55,172 nucleotides of DNA from Candidatus Methanomethylicia archaeon (GTDB lineage: Archaea > Thermoproteota > Methanomethylicia > CALHIW01). A program made the position numbers and the translations under genes. The DNA lies in the NCBI GenBank assembly GCA_038845975.1, contig JAWBQF010000014.1, forward strand, positions 11,910 to 67,081. Direction: 5' to 3'. The notes under the pieces were generated by a model, which saw nothing but the letters and a program-made list of their open reading frames with translations, did not search any database and was not told the DNA's origin. Shown here in pieces: positions 10,555 to 20,349 of the stretch (positions within the stretch are counted from its first letter, which is position 1; every line of letters begins with the position of its first letter).

Positions 10555-12437
10555 CTTCTCAACCTCACTCCATATATTTTAATCATATCATTTCCAATCC
10601 TTTCAAGATATAGTTGCTCGATAAGTGAGCTGTTTTGTAATGTTTCGGCTAGCTTCTCTATATTCATCCGTACCTCCATATATCCTGATGGGACGAAATG
10701 TCTTTTTTGAGGATCTATTCCAAGATATATGTATGAGATATTATACTTAGATAGAGTATTGTACGCATCTATGGGTTTAAGACCTGAAGCTGATATTAAC
10801 TCCATAAATATTTTCTGATCTCTAATACCGTAAAAACTCCAAGAGCCATATGGTGGGATTATCAATAATTTGTTTTCTGTAAAGTATGGAAGCCATCCAC
10901 ATGAAAAATCGGTTAAAATTACACCTTCAGGTAAATTGTTGAAAAACATGTAGCTTGAAATATCCTCATGAAAGTACCAGATATTACTTTTAGCTATTTG
11001 TACTGATGATTCTAAAACTTTAGGTGTTGAAAATACAAGTATTAAGATTATTATAAGCATAGAAAACATTTTCAAGGCCGTTCTTAAAAATCTATGGTTT
11101 AATAATATTCGTCTAGGCGTTTTCAACATGAAATAGATAAATAATCCTATTACTACAGATAAAAATATTGGAACTATTCTTAGAAATCTAAACGGTATCT
11201 GAACTAATGAAAACCATATTATTACTAGTTGGGAGATAATTATTGAGTATATTACTATGTACTCTATACGTCTACTAATAAGTGGAAGAATTATTAGCGA
11301 TACTAATCCAAGATATAGAAACTCTCTTCCAAATACCATTTCAAAATCATGTGGAAAAACGGGTTTAGTAAGCTCACCTGTAGGTAGTGATGACTCTTTT
11401 CCCATTAGATCTAGAATAATGTTAGCTATATATAATGCTGATGAGGGTGATGAGGCTAGAAGAGCTATAGGTATAACTGTAAAAACTCTTAATGCCAATT
11501 TAACACTACTAGTTACCTCTACTCCTATTATCAGTTTTAGGTTTCTACCGTGAAACTTTAGTGTCCTAATATATTTTAAGAGGCGAATGAGTAATGCAAA
11601 CATAAGGAATGGTATGAAGAACAGGATAGCTAATGGAGTAATATGAATGTAAAGTGAAGAGCCAATAATTACTCCACTGTATATCATGCTTTTTAGGGAT
11701 TTATCCCTGATTAAGTCGATAAGCTTAACAATTCCAAGTATTAAAACGGAAACAGCGAAAAGCTCAGGAATTAAACCATCAGTAAGGCTATGAAATGGAT
11801 GTACTGTCAGTAGAAGAATTGAAATATATGATAGGAAGCCTGCATATGAATTAAGAATTTTTTCGGTAAGTATATATACCTCAAGAGCTATAATATCAAC
11901 TATAAGTATTGAAACAAGCATAAATGTAGTCGGAATGGATAAATTCATCATTACTACGTTAGCAGCTACCATGAAGTGAAATGCTTGAGGATATAGTCCA
12001 GAAGCAATCCCCCTATTGTTAATTATGTTTTTAATATCCCTACAGTGAAAGGCTGGATCGAAACCAAACGGCATAGATTGATTGAGCATAATATATGGGA
12101 GGAAATATCTTACCGTAGCCAATCCTATTAGTATTGAAGGAATTATATATTTTACACTGATTTTGGGCTTGGTATAGTTGCTTTTTAATAGGAGATAGAC
12201 GTTAAATATAAGGGCTATGATTAAAGTTACGTATAGGCTGAGCGGCCACCTTAAACCTAAGTAAAATGTTAAGATCATTGGTGGAATTGAAGTTATTATC
12301 ATGCTTACTATTACAGATGATGTTAATCTAAGAGTAATGCTTCCTTCCTGAAATACTTTACATGATACGAGGAATCCAGGTAAGACATTGATAAGGATAA
12401 ATCCAATGAGTATTCTTAAGATCTCTATAATACTCAT
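10551..12437 (-). CDS. Multi-TM GT-C-type glycosyltransferase-like membrane protein
   Basis: 'PFGFDPAFH' and 'YPQAFH' in the first loop, many TM helices, 'KYNISYIY' C-terminal domain; ATG 12437 chosen to avoid overlap with GT4. Confidence 0.72.
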   Translation of the reverse strand: MSIIEILRILIGFILINVLPGFLVSCKVFQEGSITLRLTSSVIVSMIITSIPPMILTFYLGLRWPLSLYVTLIIALIFNVYLLLKSNYTKPKISVKYIIPSILIGLATVRYFLPYIMLNQSMPFGFDPAFHCRDIKNIINNRGIASGLYPQAFHFMVAANVVMMNLSIPTTFMLVSILIVDIIALEVYILTEKILNSYAGFLSYISILLLTVHPFHSLTDGLIPELFAVSVLILGIVKLIDLIRDKSLKSMIYSGVIIGSSLYIHITPLAILFFIPFLMFALLIRLLKYIRTLKFHGRNLKLIIGVEVTSSVKLALRVFTVIPIALLASSPSSALYIANIILDLMGKESSLPTGELTKPVFPHDFEMVFGREFLYLGLVSLIILPLISRRIEYIVIYSIIISQLVIIWFSLVQIPFRFLRIVPIFLSVVIGLFIYFMLKTPRRILLNHRFLRTALKMFSMLIIILILVFSTPKVLESSVQIAKSNIWYFHEDISSYMFFNNLPEGVILTDFSCGWLPYFTENKLLIIPPYGSWSFYGIRDQKIFMELISASGLKPIDAYNTLSKYNISYIYLGIDPQKRHFVPSGYMEVRMNIEKLAETLQNSSLIEQLYLERIGNDMIKIYGVRLRS

Positions 12438-12447
12438 AGCTTCACTA

Positions 12448-13602
12448 TCATAAGGGGCTGTTAATAATCTTTCTCCATGCTTCAACCATTTGCTCAGCTG
12501 CTTTATTCCAGGTGAAGTATTTCTCCACATTTCTACGTGCTTTCTCACCTAGCTTCCTTCTCTTTTCATCATCTGTTAGTAGGTCTATCATCTTCTCCTT
12601 AAGCTCCTTCTTATCCTTTACTAGAAGCTCCTCTAATCCAAGTTTTTCCATAACCTCTCTACATGCAGGTATATCTTTAACTATTGATGGTGTACTGCAA
12701 GCAGCAGCTTCAACTATTGTTAGTCCAAAGCCTTCAAAATCTGAGAATAGAATGTTTATAAGTGAATGTTTAAGCTGTCTTACAACTTCAAAGTTATCAG
12801 GGATGAAGCCTAGGAATCTGCATCCAGATTTTAAGGCCTTATCCTTTATCATGCTGTATAATGGATAGCCCTCATAGGAGCCTATTATGGTTAATGGTGG
12901 AATATCTTTATATTCATTTTTAAGCTCATTATATACATCTATAATGTGGTGGACACCTTTATAGGGTATGAGTCTCGATATAACTATTATTTGATCTCTA
13001 ATAGGTTGTGATGGTACATTGTCGAAGAATTCTAGGTCAACGCCATTATATGTTACATGGATTCTATGTTTAGGATAGCCAAATCTTGAAAGTTTCTCCT
13101 TAACTGCTTGTGTTGGCACAAATATAGCGTCAAAGTCTAGAAGTGAATTTAAGAATTGAGAGGTCATACATGCCAAAGCAGCATGTATGGGAAGATTTCC
13201 TCTCGCAATATCCCATGTGAATAAATCATCAACCATTAAAGTCACGGGACTATTTCTCAACCTACCTATAAAGTATGTTGGAGTAGCTGGTAGGAATAGA
13301 GTAGTATTTAAAACATCGAATTTAAGAAGGTTAGGAGTGCTTCTCAATAAATCCAAGATGTAGAATATTCTACGACCATAATGGTAGATGTCTGTATGTA
13401 TACCAAGCCTATGAATATATATTCCCTCATGGGTTAAGCCTCTTAAGCCATTTCTATGCTCATGACAGTATACATGAATCTCATGACCCATCCTAGCTAA
13501 AGCTTTACATATCTCATAACATCTTCTCTCCCCACCACCAGCCTGATGAATACGTCCATCCCCTCCCTGAACAAAAAACTCTGTTGTAAAGGCGATTCTC
13601 AT
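12448..13602 (-). CDS. Glycosyltransferase family 4 (GT-B)
   Basis: 'GGGERR', 'YNGVD', 'SRLIPYKG', 'EGFGLTIVEAAA', 'FTW'. Confidence 0.93.
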   Translation of the reverse strand: MRIAFTTEFFVQGGDGRIHQAGGGERRCYEICKALARMGHEIHVYCHEHRNGLRGLTHEGIYIHRLGIHTDIYHYGRRIFYILDLLRSTPNLLKFDVLNTTLFLPATPTYFIGRLRNSPVTLMVDDLFTWDIARGNLPIHAALACMTSQFLNSLLDFDAIFVPTQAVKEKLSRFGYPKHRIHVTYNGVDLEFFDNVPSQPIRDQIIVISRLIPYKGVHHIIDVYNELKNEYKDIPPLTIIGSYEGYPLYSMIKDKALKSGCRFLGFIPDNFEVVRQLKHSLINILFSDFEGFGLTIVEAAACSTPSIVKDIPACREVMEKLGLEELLVKDKKELKEKMIDLLTDDEKRRKLGEKARRNVEKYFTWNKAAEQMVEAWRKIINSPL

Positions 13603-13781
13603 TAATTAAAAGCTATATTTACATACATAAATTTTTATCGTTCAAGTAGAAAAGTAAAGCCTAACTAGATTAAACTTAGATTCAACAATCTAAATACGGA
13701 GTCTTATGCTTATATAATTCAATACCGTAATAAAGAGATGATTTAGTTAGGTTTAAATATATTGGTATTAATAGTTTAATT

Positions 13782-14225
13782 GTGAGGAGAGATATTGTTA
13801 CTGAGCTTCTTGAAGAGGAGTGGGAGAAGAGGAGACGTAAAGTTATTGAGACAAGAATGATTGAAACTGAAGACATAATGATATTATCAATAGTAAGATT
13901 AAACCATGAAGTAATGGAGATAATGAGTAAAATGGCTACAAAAGACGACTTAAAGGGTATGGCGACTAAAGAAGATATAAAGAATATGGCTACAAAAGAC
14001 GACTTAAAGGGTATGGCGACTAAAGAAGATATAAAGAATATGGCTACAAAAGACGACTTAAAGGGTATGGCGACTAAAGAAGATATAAAGAATATGGCTA
14101 CAAAAGACGATATAGCTAGATTGAGAGATGAATTGAGGATGTTGAAATGGAGTGTTGGTATTGGTTTTACTGTTATTGGTATTTTGGTGACGTTAGTGCA
14201 GGTTTTGATTATGTTTATTAAATAG
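13782..14225 (+). CDS. Coiled-coil membrane protein with repeated MATK(D/E)D beta-layer motifs and C-terminal TM anchor
   Basis: (MATKDDLKG MATKEDIKN)x3 + MATKDDI; C-terminal 'WSVGIGFTVIGILVTLV'. Confidence 0.85.
   Translation: MRRDIVTELLEEEWEKRRRKVIETRMIETEDIMILSIVRLNHEVMEIMSKMATKDDLKGMATKEDIKNMATKDDLKGMATKEDIKNMATKDDLKGMATKEDIKNMATKDDIARLRDELRMLKWSVGIGFTVIGILVTLVQVLIMFIK
13932..14110 (+). repeat. Perfect 54-bp tandem repeat (2 x 27-bp subunits), ~3.3 copies
   Basis: atggctacaaaagacgacttaaagggt-atggcgactaaagaagatataaagaat repeated without mismatch. Confidence 0.95.
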
Positions 14226-14661
14226 TGAAGTATTGAAGTTTATGTTGCTTCATGGCTTAGTTATGAGGCTTAATAAGATCCTATAAATAGTATGGATTAA
14301 GTCGCAACGTTAGCTATGAGAGAGCTCAATTAAATCTAGATGTTTCTTCTAAGGTTTATTGTTATCTTTAACTGTTGTAAATTCACATATTTTATCCTTT
14401 CTTCCTAAATAGGCTCTTTAGGAGTTCGTGTGCTGCTAGTGAAGGAAGGCATACATTGCTGGTATGCTATAACTATTTATGCTCTTATTTCTAGTATTGA
14501 TAACTTACTCATATTGATTTATTTACATGATGTTGAAATTATAGACTTAGCGAGGAGCTAACGATTAACTTACATAGTAGATTTAGAAGAATCTTACTAT
14601 TCACTGAGAGGCAAGAGTACCCATTTAAGTAACGAAAGGTTTATAGGTTGTACTTATATCT

Positions 14662-15321
14662 ATGATTATGAATGCTTTAAAGAAGGAGTTTCTAGAGCTT
14701 CTTGATAAGGATGTTGAGTTTAGATATACTGTTGCAGGTTATCTAGGATTATCTGAGATTTTAAAGAGACTTGATGCTTTAGCTGAGGAGCAGGTAAAAC
14801 TTAGAAAGGAGCAAATAAAACTTAGGGAGGAGCAGGTAAAACTTAGAAAGGAGCAAATAAAACTTAGAAAGGAGCAAATAAAACTTAGGGAGGATTTAAA
14901 TAAGATATTTAGTGCTTTAGATACTAGGCTTAATAGGGTTGAGAGAACTCTTGAGAAGCTTACGGTTGATGTTGAGGATGAAGCTAGATCAATTATAAAG
15001 TATAGGGTTAAAGAGGAGTTAGGTGTAGATGTGGAAATAAACTCTCTAACTCTACCGGATTTAGAGTTTAATATTTACGGTGTTTCGGACAATATATGTA
15101 TTATTGGGGAGGCTACAGTTAGAGGTGGAGTAAACATTATAGATGAGCTACTAGAAAAAATAGAAATAGCTAAAAGAAAATATCCAGATAAGATTAGGGA
15201 GAAAGTAGTACCAGTAGTATATGTATGTTTACCATTACCGGAATTGGTTGAAAGGGCAAAAAGTAGAAATATATGGGTTTTAAAAGCAACACAAGACTTC
15301 TACAAGCCACTATTTAGGTAG
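14662..15321 (+). CDS. paREP/DUF3782-like coiled-coil protein with C-terminal PD-(D/E)xK-like domain
   Basis: 'LELLDKDVEFRYTVAGYLGL' head, heptad stalk, 'EFNIYG...IIGEATVR' degenerate nuclease-like motif. Confidence 0.78.
   Translation: MIMNALKKEFLELLDKDVEFRYTVAGYLGLSEILKRLDALAEEQVKLRKEQIKLREEQVKLRKEQIKLRKEQIKLREDLNKIFSALDTRLNRVERTLEKLTVDVEDEARSIIKYRVKEELGVDVEINSLTLPDLEFNIYGVSDNICIIGEATVRGGVNIIDELLEKIEIAKRKYPDKIREKVVPVVYVCLPLPELVERAKSRNIWVLKATQDFYKPLFR
14788..14892 (+). repeat. In-frame 21-bp tandem repeat x5
   Basis: gagca(gg/aa)taaaacttag(aa/gg)ag encoding EQ[VI]KLR[KE]. Confidence 0.93.
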
Positions 15322-15525
15322 AAAGCCTAGCTATATGGGCTCAGAAGAAAATTCATAACATAAACTTTAACTATAGAAATAAATATAGAGGCTAATTCTA
15401 AATAGTCTGAAGATTCGGGTATTTCAAATATTTATATTTATACTTTTAATGAAACCTAATAGTTATTAGGGTTAAGTATTGTTAGAGGTTTGCTAGTATA
15501 GATTTCATGTTATTGTTTTTGATGA

Positions 15526-16245
15526 TTATTCTTCTACTTTAAGATTGAATTTAGAAGCTATTTTTCTAAATAATTCATATAGTAGTTTCTCTATATCATC
15601 TGGATTGTTAAGATTGTATTTTACTATGTTTTGAAATATTTCTTCAGCTTCTTTAAGACGTTTAATATATTTTTGATTAAGAATACTACCTAGTTCTTCG
15701 AGTTTTTCAGCTACGCTAGCTCTAAGAATGCTTTTAAAGTATTTACTGATTAGCAGGTAGCTTAGAGCATTAAATAATATTTCAAAATCTCTAATTTCAC
15801 CAGTACATTCCATGTATGGATTTTCCCTACTTAACTCCTCAATTATGGATTTCAATTCAGATTCAAAAGCATTGTTTATATCGAATCCAAACTCTATAAG
15901 TCTATTATAAATCCAGTAGCTTAAGGTAAATGTGTTTAGTGATGTACATATGTATACTTCTAGAAAGTTCATGGGGTCTCTCGGTATAAGTCTAGGATAG
16001 CCGTAATGTGCCGAAAGCCAATGTGTTAAGCTTAAAGCAATTATTTCCTCATTTGAATTATCAACATCAACAAAAACCTCTAGTGAATTATTAAGAACAT
16101 TGTAGAGAGTAACTACCTTAGGGGTTAAGGGTGAATACTTAACCTGTCTACATGACCATAAATGAATTTTTAAATCAAGCTGGCTGGAAAGATTTGATAT
16201 AAATCCATAAAGCTTAGCGCTAACATTACTTAAATCCATCACCAT
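15526..16245 (-). CDS. Hypothetical protein (possibly degenerate zincin-like fold)
   Basis: 239-aa ORF with typical composition; 'EEIIALSLTHWL...GYP'. Confidence 0.65.
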   Translation of the reverse strand: MVMDLSNVSAKLYGFISNLSSQLDLKIHLWSCRQVKYSPLTPKVVTLYNVLNNSLEVFVDVDNSNEEIIALSLTHWLSAHYGYPRLIPRDPMNFLEVYICTSLNTFTLSYWIYNRLIEFGFDINNAFESELKSIIEELSRENPYMECTGEIRDFEILFNALSYLLISKYFKSILRASVAEKLEELGSILNQKYIKRLKEAEEIFQNIVKYNLNNPDDIEKLLYELFRKIASKFNLKVEE

Positions 16246-16311
16246 AATTAGAAAATTTAATACAACTATATATAGTATTCTATAGTGAATTAATACGGTA
16301 AATCAATATGG

Positions 16312-17472
16312 TTAAATCCATACTCCAAGATATCCATCTGGGATTAAGCTTGTTGCTAACATTACCTCATTTATGTCAATATACTCCCTCCATGATTTAC
16401 CCTCTCTATTCTCCTTTTTAAGCCAGAATTCATCTATTTTCTCCGATAATGGAGTGTATGATAGTAGGGACTTAGTAGTGGATATTATTTCCTCCTCATT
16501 AAGAGCAGGGGTTTCTAAAGTTAGCCTATACAGCTTATTGATGGCTTTTAAACCTATGGATAATCCAAACTCTCTAAATGCAAGTCTATAGTCTGGAGTA
16601 TTTATGAAATTCTTTGAATATATTTCTAGGCTTAGGTAGGCATTATCAAGAATCTTCATTAAAAGATCCCTCTTTTCCCAATATCCTTTAGAAGTTAGTT
16701 CAGCTACTTTATAAGCATTGGAGAGAAGCTCACCAATACCTAGAGGATCATATGTAGTCCAGTCATTCTCGTAGAAGCTAGATATATCAGCTATTTCCTC
16801 CTCTAATCCGAGACCTCCAATATCTCGTATTGTAGCTTGAAGCTCATTATATGTTATGAAGCCATCTAGTGGATCATGCTTACCCATAGAGGAAACTAGA
16901 GGATATGTAAGATCTATACTCATCTTCCAATACATACTCTTCCTACCGTTAGGTAGAGTATACGTGAATGCTGAATGGGCTTTCTTTGCAAGCTCTATAG
17001 CCCATCTATTATATATGAAGTTACCGGTTGCTAGGCTTACCTTATTTAAAGCATGCATCCACTTCGTTAAGTAATGATAGTATTGACCATTCCTCCTCCA
17101 CTCCAGATCCCAGTTAAACTCCTCCCATGACTTCCTCTCAGGTAATTCCTTACCTATTCTTAACCCTCCTATAGTGGGATGTTTTTCAGCCTCCTCATCA
17201 ATAAGCCCACTAAGCCAGCCAACTCTAGAATCGTCATCACGATGTTTTCCAAGTATATGGTGAACTTGATAAACTAGATTTAAAGCAGTATCCATATACT
17301 TTCTATTTCCTGTTTTACGGTATAGTTCAATAAAGTTACATACAGCAAAAGCATCAGTCCATAAGTAGCGATACGGTTTACCTCCCATTAGACCTGTACG
17401 ATAAGCAAAATTAAGCATAAGCTCTTCAGCAACTTCTAATCTGTTCAGCATCACTTCAATAAGTATAAACAA
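16312..17472 (-). CDS. Conserved hypothetical protein, possible (alpha/alpha)6 six-hairpin glycosidase-like fold
   Basis: Blocks 'RYLWTDAFAVCNF', 'HPTIGGLRIGK', 'GQYYHYLTKWMHAL', 'WKMSIDL', 'DPLDG'. Confidence 0.7.
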   Translation of the reverse strand: MFILIEVMLNRLEVAEELMLNFAYRTGLMGGKPYRYLWTDAFAVCNFIELYRKTGNRKYMDTALNLVYQVHHILGKHRDDDSRVGWLSGLIDEEAEKHPTIGGLRIGKELPERKSWEEFNWDLEWRRNGQYYHYLTKWMHALNKVSLATGNFIYNRWAIELAKKAHSAFTYTLPNGRKSMYWKMSIDLTYPLVSSMGKHDPLDGFITYNELQATIRDIGGLGLEEEIADISSFYENDWTTYDPLGIGELLSNAYKVAELTSKGYWEKRDLLMKILDNAYLSLEIYSKNFINTPDYRLAFREFGLSIGLKAINKLYRLTLETPALNEEEIISTTKSLLSYTPLSEKIDEFWLKKENREGKSWREYIDINEVMLATSLIPDGYLGVWI

Positions 17473-17660
17473 CTAATAAATATTACTGAGTTCTTGTAGA
17501 CTACAATTACCTACATGTAGCATAATCTACTACAGCTGGACATAAGGATTTACTTATAGTTAAGCTTAGGAATTTATAATAAATCCTACATTACGGATTT
17601 GCTTAGTACCTAGCTGTTAGGAGTCTATGAATATGTTTACTATTATCTCTTAAGCTTATA

Positions 17661-18560
17661 CTAGGGTTTAGCTTTAAGTTCTCTTACTACGCTTATTAAT
17701 ACAAAGAGCATAATTCCAGTTAATATTAATAGTAATCCTATAAGTATTGATCCTATAGTTAGGAGGGCTAGGTTTACGACAAGTCTTCCCTCAGCTCTAT
17801 ATATTTCTAGAGCCCAAATACCGAAGAAGACCCCTATTAGAATCATAATGGATCCTGGAAGACCGTAGAAGGTTAGGGGATGTATTATTGAGTATTGTTT
17901 TAGAGTGCTTGTAATAACATCTAGAGCGTGGAGGATAGGGTTTTTCTTCGACGGCTTCTCCACATTATAGTTTATAGTTATAGGTTTTTCAATTATTCTA
18001 AGCTTTTCCCTACTAGCTTTTATAAGTATTTCTGTTGATACCCCCATTCCAGGCTCAGTTAATTCTAAAACTTCAATAGCCCTCCTACTATATGCTCTGA
18101 AGCCTGACTGGGCATCTGTAATTTGCTGATATGATGCTTTCCTAGCAATACTTGTTATTAGCTTTACACCTATTCTTCTATGTTTTGGAGTATTATCTCT
18201 ACTTGATAGGAATCTTGATCCTATAACTATATCGGCTTCATCCATAATTATTGGCTCTACTAGTTTTGGAATATGGGATGGATCATGCTGTCCATCAGCA
18301 TCCATAGTTACTATGCATGAGGGATTAAGCTTAATAGCTTCTTTAAATAATGTATTTAGAGAAGCTCCATACCCTAGATTTCTAGGATGTCTCACAACAG
18401 AGGCTCCAAGTCTCTCCGCTATTTCAGCAGTCATATCTGTTGATCCATCATCGCAAACAATTACTCTATCAACATATTTCTGTGTTTGCAGTATAACTTT
18501 AGCTATTGTTTTCTCCTCATTAAAAGCAGGAATACAGGCAATAATTAATGGCTTACTCAT
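17661..18560 (-). CDS. Glycosyltransferase family 2, dolichol/polyprenol-phosphate sugar synthase-like
   Basis: 'IPAFNEE', 'DDGSTD', 'DADGQH', 'GSRF', 'DAQSGFRAY', two C-terminal TMs. Confidence 0.92.
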   Translation of the reverse strand: MSKPLIIACIPAFNEEKTIAKVILQTQKYVDRVIVCDDGSTDMTAEIAERLGASVVRHPRNLGYGASLNTLFKEAIKLNPSCIVTMDADGQHDPSHIPKLVEPIIMDEADIVIGSRFLSSRDNTPKHRRIGVKLITSIARKASYQQITDAQSGFRAYSRRAIEVLELTEPGMGVSTEILIKASREKLRIIEKPITINYNVEKPSKKNPILHALDVITSTLKQYSIIHPLTFYGLPGSIMILIGVFFGIWALEIYRAEGRLVVNLALLTIGSILIGLLLILTGIMLFVLISVVRELKAKP

Positions 18561-19323
18561 TAAACCACCATTCTGAATTTAAGCTCTGAAATTAACAGTT
18601 AAACATCTAAATAAATTGTTTGCTTTAATATTGATATGTAGCAGTCTATAATGTTAGCCTCGCTTAATTAATGGATTACATCATTATTCCTAAACTCATC
18701 ATGGTTTAAACTCAACATTTCTCCTAGCAATACCTTAAGTCCATAGTTCACTAATATTTTGAATAAGTTTGACGATTTGTAATTGAAGGAATATATTGAA
18801 ACTAAGATTATGATTTGGTAAGCAACTTGAAGTACTATTAGCAAATAGGTATGCTTTAACGTCTTGAATATTAGGCTAACACTTAATTCAGGTTGATTCA
18901 GGACTTATGTATTTACAAATGTTGTGGAGTTTATTATAGCTGGAATGTTGAGCCTCCTTAAATATTAGAATAGATTATAGCTTAGCCCTAGATGTAAAGA
19001 ATATATCTGAAGACTTTAGGTTTACAGAGTAATATTTCATCTTGGATTTGACTTAAAATTCATATTCCCATATTTATTGAGTAATTTTGTGATTGTTTAC
19101 GGAAAACTGTTTATAGGCTGAACATCTATCTGATGATTTTATAGTGAAATCTTTGAATAAACGTTAAATACTGCTCATGTGGTAAATGAAAACTTCTAAA
19201 GCCTTTCTACAAATTTTCTGAAAGTATGAATAAGCTCTATGACAAATTATCCCGTAATTTAACTATTAAAATTTACTCCATCCAGTAAGCAGATAAACAC
19301 TATTTTGATTAAACCTTCATCTC

Positions 19324-19359
19324 AAAAAGCTTATATAGGTGTATATGTATGCACATATA
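19324..19359 (+). promoter_or_regulatory. BRE/TATA promoter and inverted-repeat operator of vapBC
   Basis: aaaaagcTTATATA followed by TATATGT-atgc-ACATATA (19342-19359) abutting the ATG. Confidence 0.6.
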
Positions 19360-19583
19360 TGACTAAAGTCATATCTCTCTCAAATGAGGCATATAAAGCA
19401 CTTAAGAAAATAAAGAGAAAGAATGAATCCTTTTCAGATGTAATACTACGTCTCATAAATGAGGCAGCTCCCAAACCCTTATCTGAATTTATAGGTAAAT
19501 GGGTAGGTAATGATATAGAACCCATATTTCAGCAAGTACTCCGTGAAAGAGAGAAAATAAGTTCTAGAGAGGCGGCTATTTAA
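19359..19583 (+). CDS. vapB: Antitoxin VapB (DUF217/RHH-type)
   Basis: 'MTKVISLSNEAY..L...KR.NESFSDVI.RL'; TAATG overlap with PIN gene. Confidence 0.88.
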   Translation: MTKVISLSNEAYKALKKIKRKNESFSDVILRLINEAAPKPLSEFIGKWVGNDIEPIFQQVLREREKISSREAAI

Positions 19584-19975
19584 TGGTATGTTTGGATACA
19601 GATGTAATTGTAGCTCTACTTCGAGGAGATAGTAGAGCAGTAGAAATTGTAGAGGAACTACAGAGAATAGGTGAATATCCTAAAGCTACCATAATAACTG
19701 CTTATGAACTGTTTAAAGGTGCAGCAGCTTCAGCTAAACCAGCAGAGAATATTAGGATAGTTGAGGAGCTACTACAAAGTTTAGAATTGTTAGGAATGGA
19801 TGTAGAGACTTGTAAGAAAGCGGGGTTAATATATAGTGATTTAAGAAAACAGGGAAGAATGATTAGTGAGTTTGATATATTGATTGCTGCCATCATCCAA
19901 CAAAACAATGAGACACTAGTAACCAGAGACAAACACTTTCAAGAAATACCCATAATCAACATTAGGATATGGTAA
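19583..19975 (+). CDS. vapC: PIN-domain toxin VapC
   Basis: 'LDTDV', 'ITAYEL..G', 'DILIAA', 'LVTRDKHF'. Confidence 0.93.
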   Translation: MVCLDTDVIVALLRGDSRAVEIVEELQRIGEYPKATIITAYELFKGAAASAKPAENIRIVEELLQSLELLGMDVETCKKAGLIYSDLRKQGRMISEFDILIAAIIQQNNETLVTRDKHFQEIPIINIRIW

Positions 19976-20349
19976 ATACTAGCTTTACATTGCAGAATTC
20001 ATAGATTTCATTCCCTTTCCCTCATTATTGGTAGCCTATGTAAATGTGTTCATATATGGAATTAAAAGGAGTTTTCACCTCTAGCCAACTCCGGATTAAA
20101 TACTTAGAATATACTTCGAAACCGGTAAAGGAGGAGTAGTTATAACATTCTATTTAATAACACTATTATCCTCCTACATACTTAACTTTCTACTCCTGCT
20201 TAATTTGCTTATGAATTCTATCAGCTACACCAAGATCAGTATGCCTAGCTAAAAGGTATATTAAGAGTTTACAGTATTGTAGCTTCGTAGCAGTATTAAA
20301 TTATGTAGCTTTAAATAATGGATAGGCTTCCACTTGAATTCTCTGATGC

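Noticed and set aside
6055-12868. Several plus-strand ORFs inside the glycosylation operon
   Set aside because: Fully antisense to longer motif-bearing genes
13932-14892. Tandem repeats as a CRISPR array
   Set aside because: No unique spacers; in-frame coding repeats; no cas genes in the window
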